Shown: in pieces, positions 10,660 to 22,749 of the stretch
Position numbering within the stretch: the first letter of the stretch is position 1
How the letters are laid out: the number at the start of each line of letters is the position of its first letter
Assembly (NCBI GenBank): GCA_965153455.1
Contig: OZ234493.1
Coordinates: 29,378,213 to 29,442,212, forward strand
Length of the DNA stretch: 64,000 nucleotides
Direction of reading: 5' to 3'
From: Sphagnum compactum
Lineage: Eukaryota
Made by a program: the position numbers and the translations under genes
The notes under the pieces: model-generated
Databases searched by the model: none
What the model was told of the DNA's origin: nothing
Seen by the model: only the letters and a program-made list of their open reading frames with translations

Positions 10660-13395
10660 AACCATACCAAAAGTTAGAAGGAAAACAATACTTGCATCAT
10701 ATTGCGATAATATCTTAAACCATGAAACAAAAGGATATTTTTAAAAATATTTATTCCATACTCAATATAACATGCCTTACATATTGATTCAAGTAAATGA
10801 AAGTATTGCAAAGTTCTTCACATTGACAGTACAAGGTCATTTGAACAAAGTCATGGAATTTAAATGCAATACTTGCATCATCATAGGATATTTACATTCA
10901 CCATGAAACATAATAGTATTTTTTAAATATTTGATTCCTTACCAATATATCATGAAATTCTTTTTTTTTAAATTATTAACGCACCCCCAAACTCTTTGAA
11001 AAACTCAAATGCAAGTCCCAAAATGAAAACAACAAAAAAGGCGTTGGGGCACGTTCCCTAGCTCGTAGCACTTTGGGGGTAAGAGGGGAGTGTTGGAGTT
11101 CCAAGATGGGGACTAAGACAAGTGACAAACGTGTCAATTATTCATATCAATTTGCATAAACTAAACAACAAATTAGTTAGTGCATAGTTGGAACATTTTT
11201 GGTTCTCTTATTCACCACAAGCATTCATGGATTCACAAGACTCACCACAACCTGAACTTGGGGGAAGCCACCACCTTCCCCTTTATAACATTATTTATGA
11301 TTCACCACGAAGGCTACACCCAAATGGCGTTTTTTTCGAGATTTTTAAGTCAGGAATGGAAGAGGTACGTTCTCCATGTCCCACCACACCACTATCATTG
11401 CAATAACAGAGAGAAACAACAACAATATAACTAACTTCCATAATATTCTAAAAATGATAATTGACTGCAAGGAATTAGTGTTCGAGTTGTTTATTCACAA
11501 AGGAAGGTTTGTTCTTGGAAGCCTCCAAGAAACTTTCAAATCTTGTTTTGGGTATGATCTGGACTAAAAAATAGTTGGGTATGAGAATGTTCATAAGCTC
11601 TTGGAAGCCATTCCAAAGTTTGTGTGGATTTGAAAACTTTGAGAGGGCCAAGTTGTTATGCAATGTTTTTGACACCTTGAGGAGCTAAACATGATTCGAC
11701 CGTGCAATTCCTTGTGCAGATTGAATGCACCAAAGAATTAGACATCATCATAGTTACTATGATTAAGTTACTACTACATTAAGCGTGATGATGAATTTTC
11801 CAACTTTCGTTGAACACAACAATGATTCTATTGTGAATGGAACTATTTTAAGATGTTCACCACCTAGAATATCAAATTGACATTTTGATATAAAAAGATA
11901 GTAGATTTTCCAAGAAAAGACTTGGGCATTAGGTAGCTTGTCAAATGGCTGGTAGAAATCATGTCCTTCATGCATATGATTTATATGTTACCTCATGTGA
12001 CTAAACTTGTTTATGATGATCAAAGATTAGTACTAGGATCATTTTGGACATTCGGTGAATGTGCCCAAGCTCCATTTTCATGCATCCTAGTTCCAGGTGG
12101 TTTTTGTTTCTCAGATACCCTTGATTTAGTGATGTCATCATCCTACCCTAATTGAATATAATCAAGTTATTACCTTAGTCTCTAGCTTGATAAACATCTA
12201 GGGATTGCCTTTTCAAAACTAAATTCATAAAATATATGAACATCAAAGTAATCATTTTAATAAGAGTGAACACCATATGCTCCCCCATTTTCAAGCAATG
12301 GTCCATTGGAAATGTTTTTTAATGATCCTAAAATTTGATATTGCATAAGGTCATTTGCCAACTACATCCGTTGTTTCCTCCTTCTAGAGTTAGAACCTCG
12401 TGCATTGTTGAATTATGCTACCTCCAAAATGCAACTGAAATTTTTTGCAACATAACAATGCATTGTATCATTGATCAATATTGCCAAGCACGCCATAGGC
12501 ATTTCTCATCAACCCTAGCATTGGCAAAATCATCTTCCTTACTGTTTCTTTTTGTTTTTGGAACATAAAAACAATTCTTCAACTTAGGAACCCTAACTTC
12601 TTTCAATCAAGGTTAAGGGTTAAGGTTTAAGAATCAAGGTTTTCATTGAATTTTGAAATATAAGTACATATAAGTACGGGTGAATTTAATCAATGTATTT
12701 TCGTACCTTTATGTAAAATTTATTTTATAATATATCAAAAAAGATATATTTAATTAATTAACATGTGGATTTATTATTATTATTTCAGTCTTATACATAT
12801 AATATTTTAAAGATTATTTTATGTTAAAAATTTAAGTAAACATTAAATATAGTTGAAAGACATTTTCATAAATGGTAAGAATCGTTTAATGGACCAATCC
12901 AAAATTGTTGGTATATGTAAATGAAGGTATTGCAATATTTGCCACATTGATGATATAAGGTTTTACTTCAATAAAGTTTTGAAGTGTAATTGCAATACCC
13001 TCATTTTAATGATAATTTCATTACCTTTCACCATCAATGTGATCAACTTGACAATACTTTCATTTGTATCATGGTTAGGATATTGTCACAATATGGTATA
13101 GGTATTGTATTCCTTTTAGGTTTTGGTAAGGCTATGTAATACCCCTCCAAGTTTCATGGTGAATACAAATATCCCAAAATGATGCAGGTATTACATTTAA
13201 ACTACATAATTTTGTTCAAGTGACATTCTACCATCAATGTGAGGAACTTTGCAATACCTTCATTTACTTGAATCAATATGTTTGGTATGATATAATGAAC
13301 CTGGAATAAGTATCTTTAAAAAAAATTGTTTCATGGTTTATGATATTATCGGAAAATGATGTGGGTATTGCTTTCCTTTTAAGTTTTGCTAGGGC
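10660..13395. repeat. Degenerate inverted repeat pair (~250 bp arms at ~10660-10910 and ~13151-13395)
   Basis: ATATTGATTCAAGTAAATGAAAGTATTGCAAAGTTCTTCACATTGA at ~10781 is the near reverse complement of TCAATGTGAGGAACTTTGCAATACCTTCATTTACTTGAATCAATAT at ~13234; similarity continues across both arms. Confidence 0.7.
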
Positions 13396-13990
13396 TATGC
13401 AAAACCCTTCTAAATTCCAAAAGATATGTTATGGAGCCCAAAGGTTTTATGGGATACTCGAAGAAAGGTAGTACATGTGAATTGAATACTTCTAGGCATG
13501 AGCAATACCCCTCCGATAGCCCAAACCAAAATAATTAAACCCATGGTGTTTGTAGATTACCCCAAATAGGGTATTGTTTTCCTTATAGGTTTAAGCAATA
13601 CCCTTCCAGGTTTCAATATATGTGATGGAGCCCAAAAGATTTTTGATATACCTTAAGAAAGGTGTTGCAAACCCATTGAATAATTTTGGGCACAAGTAAT
13701 ACCCCTCCAATAACCTGGATTAAAATAATTTAATCCATATTATTTATAGAATATCTTCATGAAGGTATTGCATTCTTTCTAGGTTTTGTTAGGGATATGC
13801 AACACCCATGTAGGATTTTTTAAATATGTTATGGAGCCCAAAGGATTTTTATACCTTAATAGGGGTATTGCATGTGCATTGAGTAATTTTGGGCACAAGC
13901 AATACCCCTCCAATAGCTTGGACCAAAATAATTCAATCCATGGTGTTTACATAATACCCTCATGAGGGTATTTTTTCCCTTTTAGGTTTG
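13380..13990. repeat. ~200-bp-period degenerate tandem repeat (about 3 copies)
   Basis: ATGGAGCCCAAA recurs at ~13430, ~13626 and ~13831, each followed by a (G/T)CAATACCCCTCC-like motif and AAAATAAT. Confidence 0.65.
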
Positions 13991-14934
13991 AACTTTTAAT
14001 TTTTAAGGGTGAAGAAAGATTTTTTGGTTTGAGTGCAAGACTAGAATTATTTTTTTAATAAATTTATCAAGCATACATATAAAAATATGTGAGAATGTAT
14101 TTCTAACTATTAACACAAGATGGTGCAAAATGAAAGTAAAATGCCTTAAATAAAAAACATGTGTTACAAAAATGTGCAAAAAATGTTCAAGTCCAAAAGA
14201 CCCCAACTTAAAATGGGGAACATGTCATTATAAGGTAAGTATGTGGTTTTTTCAAAAATAAATTGCTACCCTAAATCCTGAAGACCAAAACAACATTCAT
14301 CATTGTTATCGAGTGCCTACCTTGGAACTTGAAGAGGATGATGAGCTATGTCCTTTTTCATAGCTTTAAAAAAGAAAACAAAAAGAGATGACTTGCTTAA
14401 TGCTTGCCTAGGAACTTGAAGAAAACGACAAGCGCAATTCATCGTCTTGCTTCATAGCTGTAAAAAATAAATGACAACAAGTAGTGCAATTGCTTGTCAT
14501 TATTCTTTCTCTTGGAAAAGAATTAGAATGACGACAAACATTAGTTGCTCGTAGTCATTACTTGTGCCTACCTCGGAATTTGAAAAGGACGACAAGTTGC
14601 TCTCATCATCCTCCTTCACAGTTGCAAGAAAAAAAACAAAAAAAAGGATGATGACAAGTAGTGCAGTTGCTCGTTGTCATTCTTTTGCTCTTGCATAACC
14701 ACATGAGAATGACAAGGAGTAGCTACATTGCTTGTCATCGTTGTTTCACGCCTGCAAGAATACATCAGAATGACAACAAGCAGCTCATAGTTTCCTCACA
14801 ACAAAGAGGGAAAAAAAATGCAAAAAATGAAGGAGGAGGAGAAGGGAGCTTAACTTCAAGCTCCCACTTGAACTCCTTTTGCTTTTGTGCTCCTGCTACC
14901 ACCACATTGAAGCTTCTGTTGTTGGCGCACTCTT

Positions 14935-15025
14935 GAAGCTCCGAACCCTTGAAGTTCTTATGTACCTGGCGCTCCTGAAGCTCCGAACCCTCGAAGTTCT
15001 TATGTACCTGGCGCTCCTGAAGCTC
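14935..15025. repeat. 42-bp tandem duplication
   Basis: TGAAGCTCCGAACCCT(T/C)GAAGTTCTTATGTACCTGGCGCTCC twice, plus a partial third copy. Confidence 0.85.
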
Positions 15026-16084
15026 TGAGCTACTCAAGCTCTCTCTAGCACAGAAGCTTTGGCGATGGAAGTGAGTGCCAAAGCAGGAGGGTGGGGAGGG
15101 GGTCAACAGGATGAGGAGGTAGGTGGGTTGGCGTAGGTAGGAGCTTCCCAAAAAAAAACTTGGGGTCACGGGTGGGCCAAAAAAAAAAGTGATAAAAAAA
15201 CTGTTGCCAGAAAAAAAAAAACTGAGCTAGGGAAAAAAATCTAGCTGGGAAGAAAAGAAGCAGAAGAAAAAAAAAAATTACTGACCAAGTAAACTGTCCC
15301 CTGGGGGAACAGTTTCATCCCATCCATGAAATCCCAGAACAGGATTTTTTGGATGGTGCACCGCCGGGTGCTGGGTCACTCAAGCCAAATAAGATGCCTT
15401 TGAGCACACTAGTAGTCGTCGAGGTTTTTACAATTGAATAAGGCGAGCATCCGAAAGGAAAAAAACAAGGTGAAGAGTAAAGACATTAATGTATTGCACA
15501 AAACAAATCCTACAGGAGATAAAGAAGTTGGACGACCATGTGCCGAAACAATTTTCATCATAGGTCTTGAACTGAAACATCCAATGGTGGGATTGGGTTT
15601 TAGATTCAAGTACTCAAATCTTTAACAAGAACCTCAAAATTAGTTTTCAAGTTTTGCTCACCCTTCCAGTGTTTTATTTCTATCAATTCTGTGATGTAAC
15701 TGAGGTGGTGATCCTCCCAGAAGTCAATTTAGCCAAATTTGGTTATTAACAATTAAGTTTTGAAAGGAAAAAAAAAAAAAAAAAAACCTTTCCTACTGCC
15801 CTTGCTACTTACTTCCAAGGCACAACCTTCAAGATAGGTAGATATTTAAGCATGATCTAATGTGGACTCAATGGTATTGTCCAAGGATGTAAAAAAGTGG
15901 CAGGTTTTTCTTTTTTCTTTTCTTTGGTTGTGTGGGTGACAGGTCAAGGAGGTGGTGGTATTGATGGGAAAAATTGTCACAAAGACATTTGTGTGAATGC
16001 CATATATGCTCTCTCCCCTTTCATTTTTAGGACTAGGTAAACAGCAAGATCTGTCGAGATATTGAATGCATAGTCGAGTTGTGG

Positions 16085-16164
16085 AGGCGGTAAGGCTATG
16101 TTACATAACCCCACAGCTCAAGCCAGGCGGTAAGGCTATGTTACATAACCCCACAGCTCAAGCC
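16085..16164. repeat. Exact 40-bp tandem duplication
   Basis: AGGCGGTAAGGCTATGTTACATAACCCCACAGCTCAAGCC x2. Confidence 0.9.
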
Positions 16165-16639
16165 AGTTTTTCTGAACATAATCGTTGTTGAAGGGTGCCA
16201 AGTGTGCATTCGCTCCCCTCTCACTGAGCATGGGTGATGAAGCTCTACCATTTTCAAAGTGAAAGATTATATTAAAATTTTATTTAACTATTTAGAGAAC
16301 ATTCCATAATTCCAGAGCTTTTCCCAAGCCATGGTTCAAGTAACATGCTACTCTTCGGGCATATTACGAGACCCTTGGTACATGCTACCTGACATGCTAC
16401 ATGCCACACATAAGATGGGAGGTTATGTGTGTGGGGTAATGCCATCAGGTTGGGCAGGGTGCTTAACACCCCCTAAGGAGCTCTGTCCGGCGCTGGTTTC
16501 GCTTGTCTTTTTGCACACCTTTTTCGGCCTTGCAGAGTTCTGCAGAAAACCATGCAACCCTGTTTTCAATGTTCTTCACAGTTCTTCAAAAAATGCTGAA
16601 GAACATTCTATTGTTCTTCAGTGAAAATGTTCTGGATCA

Positions 16640-16710
16640 CTGTCACAGACACAGGAGTCGAACCCACGTCCTCCCCTGCAGGAACTGTAGTACTAACCGC
16701 TGGCATATTG
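16640..16710 (-). mobile_element. Possible tRNA-derived SINE head / tRNA pseudogene
   Basis: Minus strand reads ...TATGCCAGCGGTTAGTACT...GTGGGTTCGACTCC...: an A-box-like motif plus a canonical B-box (GGTTCGACTCC, 16664-16654) at tRNA-like spacing; stems too degenerate for a functional tRNA. Confidence 0.35.
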
Positions 16711-17324
16711 TTTTTCTTTTTATTGCATATAAACAGTCAATGAGCCAAAAAATTGTTTTTAAACTACCAAAAACTCCAGACTCCTCCAGAGGAGGTCTTT
16801 AAAAGGTGCAAAATGTGCTGAGGTGAAAACGAGGGGTGTGTCACATTGTGGCCTTGCCATTTACAATAAAAAAAAGTATCTTCAGGCAAAAGAAGAATCA
16901 TGGATACGCAAATACTTCACCATGCAAAAATATATAATCTTCCAAAAAATTCCTCTAAAAGAAACCAAAATCCTTCATGATATTATAACTCTATAACTAA
17001 TCTCAAGTTTCAACACAAGCCCAAATATCATCTTTCAAAAATCCTCATATAATAAAAATAGACCTATTATTATTATTACCTAGGGGCCAAAATCCCTTAA
17101 TTAAGCTACTATACTTTATAATGTATCTAAACACAATGTCCTTGCCTTGGTAGTAGGCAAGGCCCAAAAATGGGGGCAAAGTGCAGTCTGGAGGAAAATA
17201 ATTGCAGCATTACTCTTGTACTGACTGCATTCAACAAACTAGCGAAAATTTAATGTGAGGGCCATGAATTCTGTTGCAGCAATTTCCGGACTATGGAGCC
17301 CGGACCGTTTTTTTTAGGCTACTT

Positions 17325-17580
17325 TTTGTGTTGCAGCCAAAGTGGCGATGATCCACTAGGATGATTTAGCCAGATTTGGATACAAGCTTAAACATGTGAA
17401 AGTAATTCTTTAAAACATCTATCTATATTTTTGGCTACCTACTTGAACTATGTACAGAAATCTGGCGATTTTTCCTCAAATTTTGGTTGAATTATGGCTA
17501 TTGAAAACCTCAACACGCACATGAATTTAGGATTTATAAATTTTACTATATCATTTTGGCTATATTCAGCCAGCAAAAAA
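17325..17580 (+). repeat. Dispersed repeat family copy (related copies at ~15685-15812 and ~32570-32815)
   Basis: Shared core G(T/C)AGCCAAAGTG..GAT.ATCCA...GA.GATTTAGCCA(A/G)ATTT and TTTTGGCTAC(C/T)TACTTG. Confidence 0.7.
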
Positions 17581-18118
17581 AACAAGGCTGGTCTACAACG
17601 CCCGCCCCACTCCGACTCGATTCCAAAAGCTTCTCGTCAGCTGCAGACACCAACTGCGCACTCGACATCGTTCTTCGCTCTGCACTACGGTAAGTCATCT
17701 CCGATTTGCTTTCAATGGATCGAGCTTGAAACCATTGATTTCTAATGGAACTCGGAGAATTTCTTTGTTTCGATACTGAAACATGGTTCGACTCTGAAGT
17801 AGAATGTTTCGGTGCATATAACAACACCAATGGATCTCATGCATCATAGGTCTAGAGAGGTATATATCGAAACGAGCTTCGATTTCTATCAAACGACAAC
17901 GCCTGATCCTTTTTCTTTGCTTTGCTTAGGTTGCGTTGTTATGATCGATTTGTTCAGGATTGATAATGCATAAGTCCTTTACATCGAAATGAGCTTCGGT
18001 TTTATTAGCGACGCTTACGATGTTAGCAAGTGTTTCCATTGCGTTTTTGTTACCATCGATCGATTGATTTGTTGCTCCTTTGCGGTTGTCGTTGTCATCG
18101 CCGGAATATGTTCCACAT

Positions 18119-18145
18119 GAATATCCTCGCATCTTGAGCATATTC
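18119..18145. promoter_or_regulatory. Two P1BS (PHR1-binding, GNATATNC) sites upstream of the PAP start codon
   Basis: GAATATCC at 18119-18126 and GCATATTC at 18138-18145, ~300 bp before the ATG. Confidence 0.5.
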
Positions 18146-18438
18146 CAACACTTATTGATACCGGTTTGTACTGTGCGTAGTGTTGCAGTGGAGAGTGTGC
18201 TCCAAGTTGCGGTCGGACTCGGCACATTATAATAATGTCAAGTGTTGTAATAATATCTAGAATTTCTTAGCAGGTATTTGTCGTCTTTGGTTCGTCTCAG
18301 ATTTTCTTATATGCTTTCGTTGTTTTTTTATTGAGACAACGATGGTCTTGAATTGAGAGAGGAGACAAAACGCATCCGGGGTGTATGGCGCGTGTAGGGA
18401 ATGATTATTAGAGAAGGATCTGCAAAGGTTGAAGAGCG

Positions 18439-21400
18439 ATGGCATCCAGCTGGTGGCTTTCTTCAGTGATTTGGATAATGGCTGTAAGAATCGCTGTCGC
18501 AAGCATTCCTACGACATTGGAAGGTCCGTTTCAGCCTGTGACGGTACAGTTTGATTCATCTTTGCGACAAGGGAGCAGCGATTTGCCGCAAAACGATTCT
18601 CGAATCGTGAAGCAAGTCACGGGGAATTATCCTGAACAGATTGCTTTGGCACTTTCAACGCCAGATGCTATGTGGATTACGTGGATTACAGGCATGTTTT
18701 GCCTATCCTTTCCCTACCTTTCTGTTTGTGCATCGAAGCTCCAAAGAAATTGGAGTCTTTTTAATAAGGAGAATTTCTGGCATTATTGGACCGGCTGTAT
18801 AGTTCAGGAACATTTTGTTGAGGAAAAAGGGTTAGGGTTTGTAGAAAACATGCAGGATAGAGGGTGTATCTACCAGCTTTGAAATACTGTTAGCTGGCAT
18901 TAGGTGCCCCACTCCAAGGGCCTTCAGAATCTTCTCCTTTCAGTGCTTTTGGGGAAAGATGGAGAGATTTCTGTGACATAAAACATACATCCACACTTGT
19001 GAGAATGTGGGATAAAAAAAAGGCACATGAGTCAATTAAGCTTGATGTTTGGATGGCAGGAAATGCTCAACTTGCCCCGCAGGTTGTCCCCTTGGACCCT
19101 ACTACTGTGGCTAGTGTGGTGCAGTATGGAACAATGTCAGGAAAATACAGCCTTTCAGCTGTGGGTACATCCCTTGTATACAATGAGCTGTATCCTTTCC
19201 CAGGGCTCCTCAATTATACCTCAGGCATTATCCACCATGTTCGCCTCACAGGTTCTCCTGCCTCCCAACTTGCAAACTTTTTAGTTCTTGAACAGACAGT
19301 TAAAATCAATTATGTTGATTCTCAATCCAGCTATGGTGAGTATCAGGTTGCTTTCAGTGACATTATACTATGTGGAACAATACATTATTGCGAGCAAGCA
19401 CAAGCTACTTTTTGATGATCTCTAGGTGGAATTTGCGGGCCATATATATGCTTACAAAACTTCTTAGACCTAATTCTCTGTCAGAGTTTCCAATGGTATG
19501 AAAAAATTTCAGTGGGCACATCAGATACTCATGTCAAGACATATGAGCCAAACTCAGGGTCAATTGAACATAACAGTGTGGCACTTTTCATCACTTGGTA
19601 AGATGATATCAGAATTCTGATCTCTTCTGTTGTGTTTCCCACCCTTTTATCATCAGGTCTGACTCCCAACACAAAATACTTCTACAAATGTGGAGATCCT
19701 TCGCAGGGTGAGATGAGTGAGGAGTACAATTTTACAACCCTCCCTCTCCCTGGTCCTGATTCCTATCCAAGTAGCATTGCAATTTGCGGAGATCTAGGGC
19801 TTACATACAACTCAAGTACCACACTTGATCACATCATACTCAATAAGCCTTCATTGCTTTTATTGGTTGGAGATTTGAGCTATGCCAATAATTACTTGAC
19901 AACTGGTGAAAGTGCTGCATGCTATTCATGCTCATTTCCTACAGCACCAACCCATGAGACATATCAGCCTCACTGGGATAATTGGGGCAGGTACTTTCTT
20001 TATTCTGGCTAAGGTTTGTTTTCAAGCTCTTCAACTCTGAGAACAGTCGGTCTGCAGTATCAGATTTATTATCTTAGGAGATAAGTTGCTCAAAGTGGAG
20101 GATTGATCCAAGAGATCCCAGGTTTTTTTCCAAGCTACTTCTTAGCTGTTCTGCTCCAATGATGCAGATTCATGCAGCCATTGACAACAACAGTGCCCAT
20201 GATGGTGATCGAAGGGAATCATGAGATTGAGACTCAAGTAGGAGGAGCCACATTTGTTTCATACAAGTCACGCTTTTCAGTTCCTGCAGAAGAGAGTGCA
20301 TCAAACAACAATCTGTACTACTCATTTACTGCTGGTGGTATTCACTTCATCATGCTTGGCGCCTATGTTGACTACAACAGGACAGGTGACCCCAAACTTG
20401 GATTTTCCAGGTTTGTAATAAACTCATATTAGGAAAGCTATTTCAGGTGTCCATATTGTGAGATCCTTCAGTAGTGAAGAAGGCCAGAAAATCCAGAAAA
20501 CTGTACATAACTTTATGTATTGAACTGCATGTAGACTTCAATGCTGCAACTACCAAGTCATAATATGGTCACTAAAAGTATTTCATGTTTGCAAGCCTCA
20601 TGTGGAAGCAAGGCTGTTGTTTAGAAATCAGGTAATTTGCATGACAATAAGAGATGGAATTTGCTGGAGGCTGAAAGAGGATGATGAACATGAGCTGGGA
20701 TCCTGGGAGCAGGAATACAATACAACTGGCTGCTACAGGACTTGGCCAAAGTTGATCGCTCTGTGACTCCATGGCTTGTTGCAACATGGCATCCTCCATG
20801 GTACAACAGCTATAGCTCACACTATCGGGAAGTGGAGTGCATGAGGCTGCAAATGGAGGATCTCTTGTATTCATATGGAGTGGATGTTGTTTTCTCTGGT
20901 CATGTAAGTGTTACCTCCGTTCACTTGGTTATAGCATAGTGCAACAGCAGGCACTGAGAAAATAAAGCAAAGAAAAGAAAGATCAAAAGATCAGATGATT
21001 TTAATCCAGTCAACAGCTCAGAAACCTACTGAACTAAAGGATACTGCCACAAGTATCTAGAAACTTGAAACATATAAACTAGGATGTTCTAAGGATAAAT
21101 TATTGTCCAGGTTCCCATTGGAAAATCTGGTCTGAAGATAAAAGAACAATTAAAGGGAAACTACAAGTGTGTAATTAATACAAGAAGCACAGACACACCA
21201 TTTAACTAATGAGCTCCAGGGACATGTGCACTTGTGGAAGAAGGCAGATCATTAGTCTGATGATGTTGTACTGTTACCTTAACATCTTGCAAATCTCAGG
21301 CAATTTCTAGTAAGGACATGGTAGGAAAGAGATTGTGTAATGCGCCAACTGAAGGATGCAAATGAATTGGCTGTATCTATCTACTTTTGATCAATGGTTT

Positions 21401-22096
21401 GGCAGGTACATGCATATGAGCGATGCAATCGGGTCTACAATTACACCCTAGATGCAAGTGGTCCTGTATATATAACTGTGGGAGATGGTGGCAACATTGA
21501 GCAGATTGAGATTTCACATGCTGATGACGTAGGCCAGTGCCCCAGCCCTGATGCCAACAAACCTGAATATGGTGGAATTTGCCCCTTCAATTTCTCATCA
21601 GGACCAGCCGCTGGCAAGTTCTGCTGGAACCAGCAACCTGAGTGGAGTGCATTTCGGGAAAGTAGCTTCGGCCATGGCATTTTGCAGGTAAGAAAGACTT
21701 CAACTCTCCTTTGTGGTGGACTACTGGGCTACCTGCTGCAATACTGGTTTCCTTCCCATGCTAGATTTGGGAATGATTTGTTACACTGGTCAACTGTATG
21801 ATTTATGTGGCCCAGTGATTAGTTTTCGAGCTAGTGCTTGGCATGTGTCTATAAGAGCTCTTGACACATCGGGTTGGATGTGATATGAAACTCAGGTGGT
21901 GAATTCAACCCATGCACTATGGACATGGCACCGGAACCAAGATGTTTACAGTAGTGCAGTGGGTGACCAAATCTACATTGTGAGAAATTCTAGCAGTTCT
22001 AACAGAAATTCATCTTTTGTCTTTTTTGATGCTTCCTTTGTTTTGTTTCTTTTTCTTGTTTTCTGGTTTTCTCGGATTGTTTCGAGTTGTCCTTAA
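18439..22096 (+). CDS. PAP: Purple acid phosphatase, PAP15/PAP23 (phytase)-like, ~556 aa; exons 18439-18691, 19060-19251, 19657-19990, 20168-20385, 20713-20903, 21406-21687, 21896-22096
   Basis: N-terminal signal-like peptide then IPTTLEGPF; PEQIALAL; SGIIHHVRLTGL; all five metal-binding blocks present (GDLG, GDLSY, GNHE, WHPPWY, GHVH). The exons join in frame (1671 nt); intron 1 needs a GC donor. Confidence 0.93.
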
Positions 22097-22749
22097 GAAA
22101 TTTGGTAGTTATCTTTCCTCGAACCTCTAGTGATTCTGGGTCCTTCTGTACTTCTTTCAAAACAGTTCAATATGTGAGTTTTTTCTTCATTATCAATTTC
22201 CCCTTCTTATGTTATGTTCATAAAGTGTTTTTGTGGTTATGAGTTTCCACTAAAAACTTTTGTCTCATACTTTTAAACTAGTTTGTCATGTTCTTATGGC
22301 TTTTCATGAGTACCACAGATGTGTCTCCTTTTTAAATTCAGTTATGATTATTGTGATAAGCTCCTTGTAAATGTCTCTAGTTTGTTGGAAGGCAAGAGAA
22401 TTTGGAGCTTTGGCAATTGTTCTTTGCATCAGCTTGGCTTCACCCTCTTCTCAGGTTGTATTGATGGATTGTTTCTTTTAGCTTTTGAGACTACCACGTT
22501 GGTAATCAAGATACGCATGGATATCAACGAAGTTACGTCACAAACACTTGGTTTGCATAAGCCAGTAGTAATTGCATTCTTTGTGGTTCAATTGGCTTGT
22601 GGGTAGTTCAGCAACTTTTGCCTTCAACTCCTTGGGAATCTTGTGTCTAAAATAACATTGGATCTTCTCGACTAGAAATATTTGTTTCTATATTGTATTA
22701 GTAGACTAAAGGGATGATTCTATTCAATGAAAAATTTGCCAATTGTCAA

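Noticed and set aside
16640..16710. Functional tRNA gene
   Set aside because: Acceptor, anticodon and T stems do not pair properly; kept only as a possible SINE head.
17926..18225. 99-aa minus-strand ORF upstream of PAP
   Set aside because: Non-ATG start, no homology recognised; lies in the probable 5' UTR intron.
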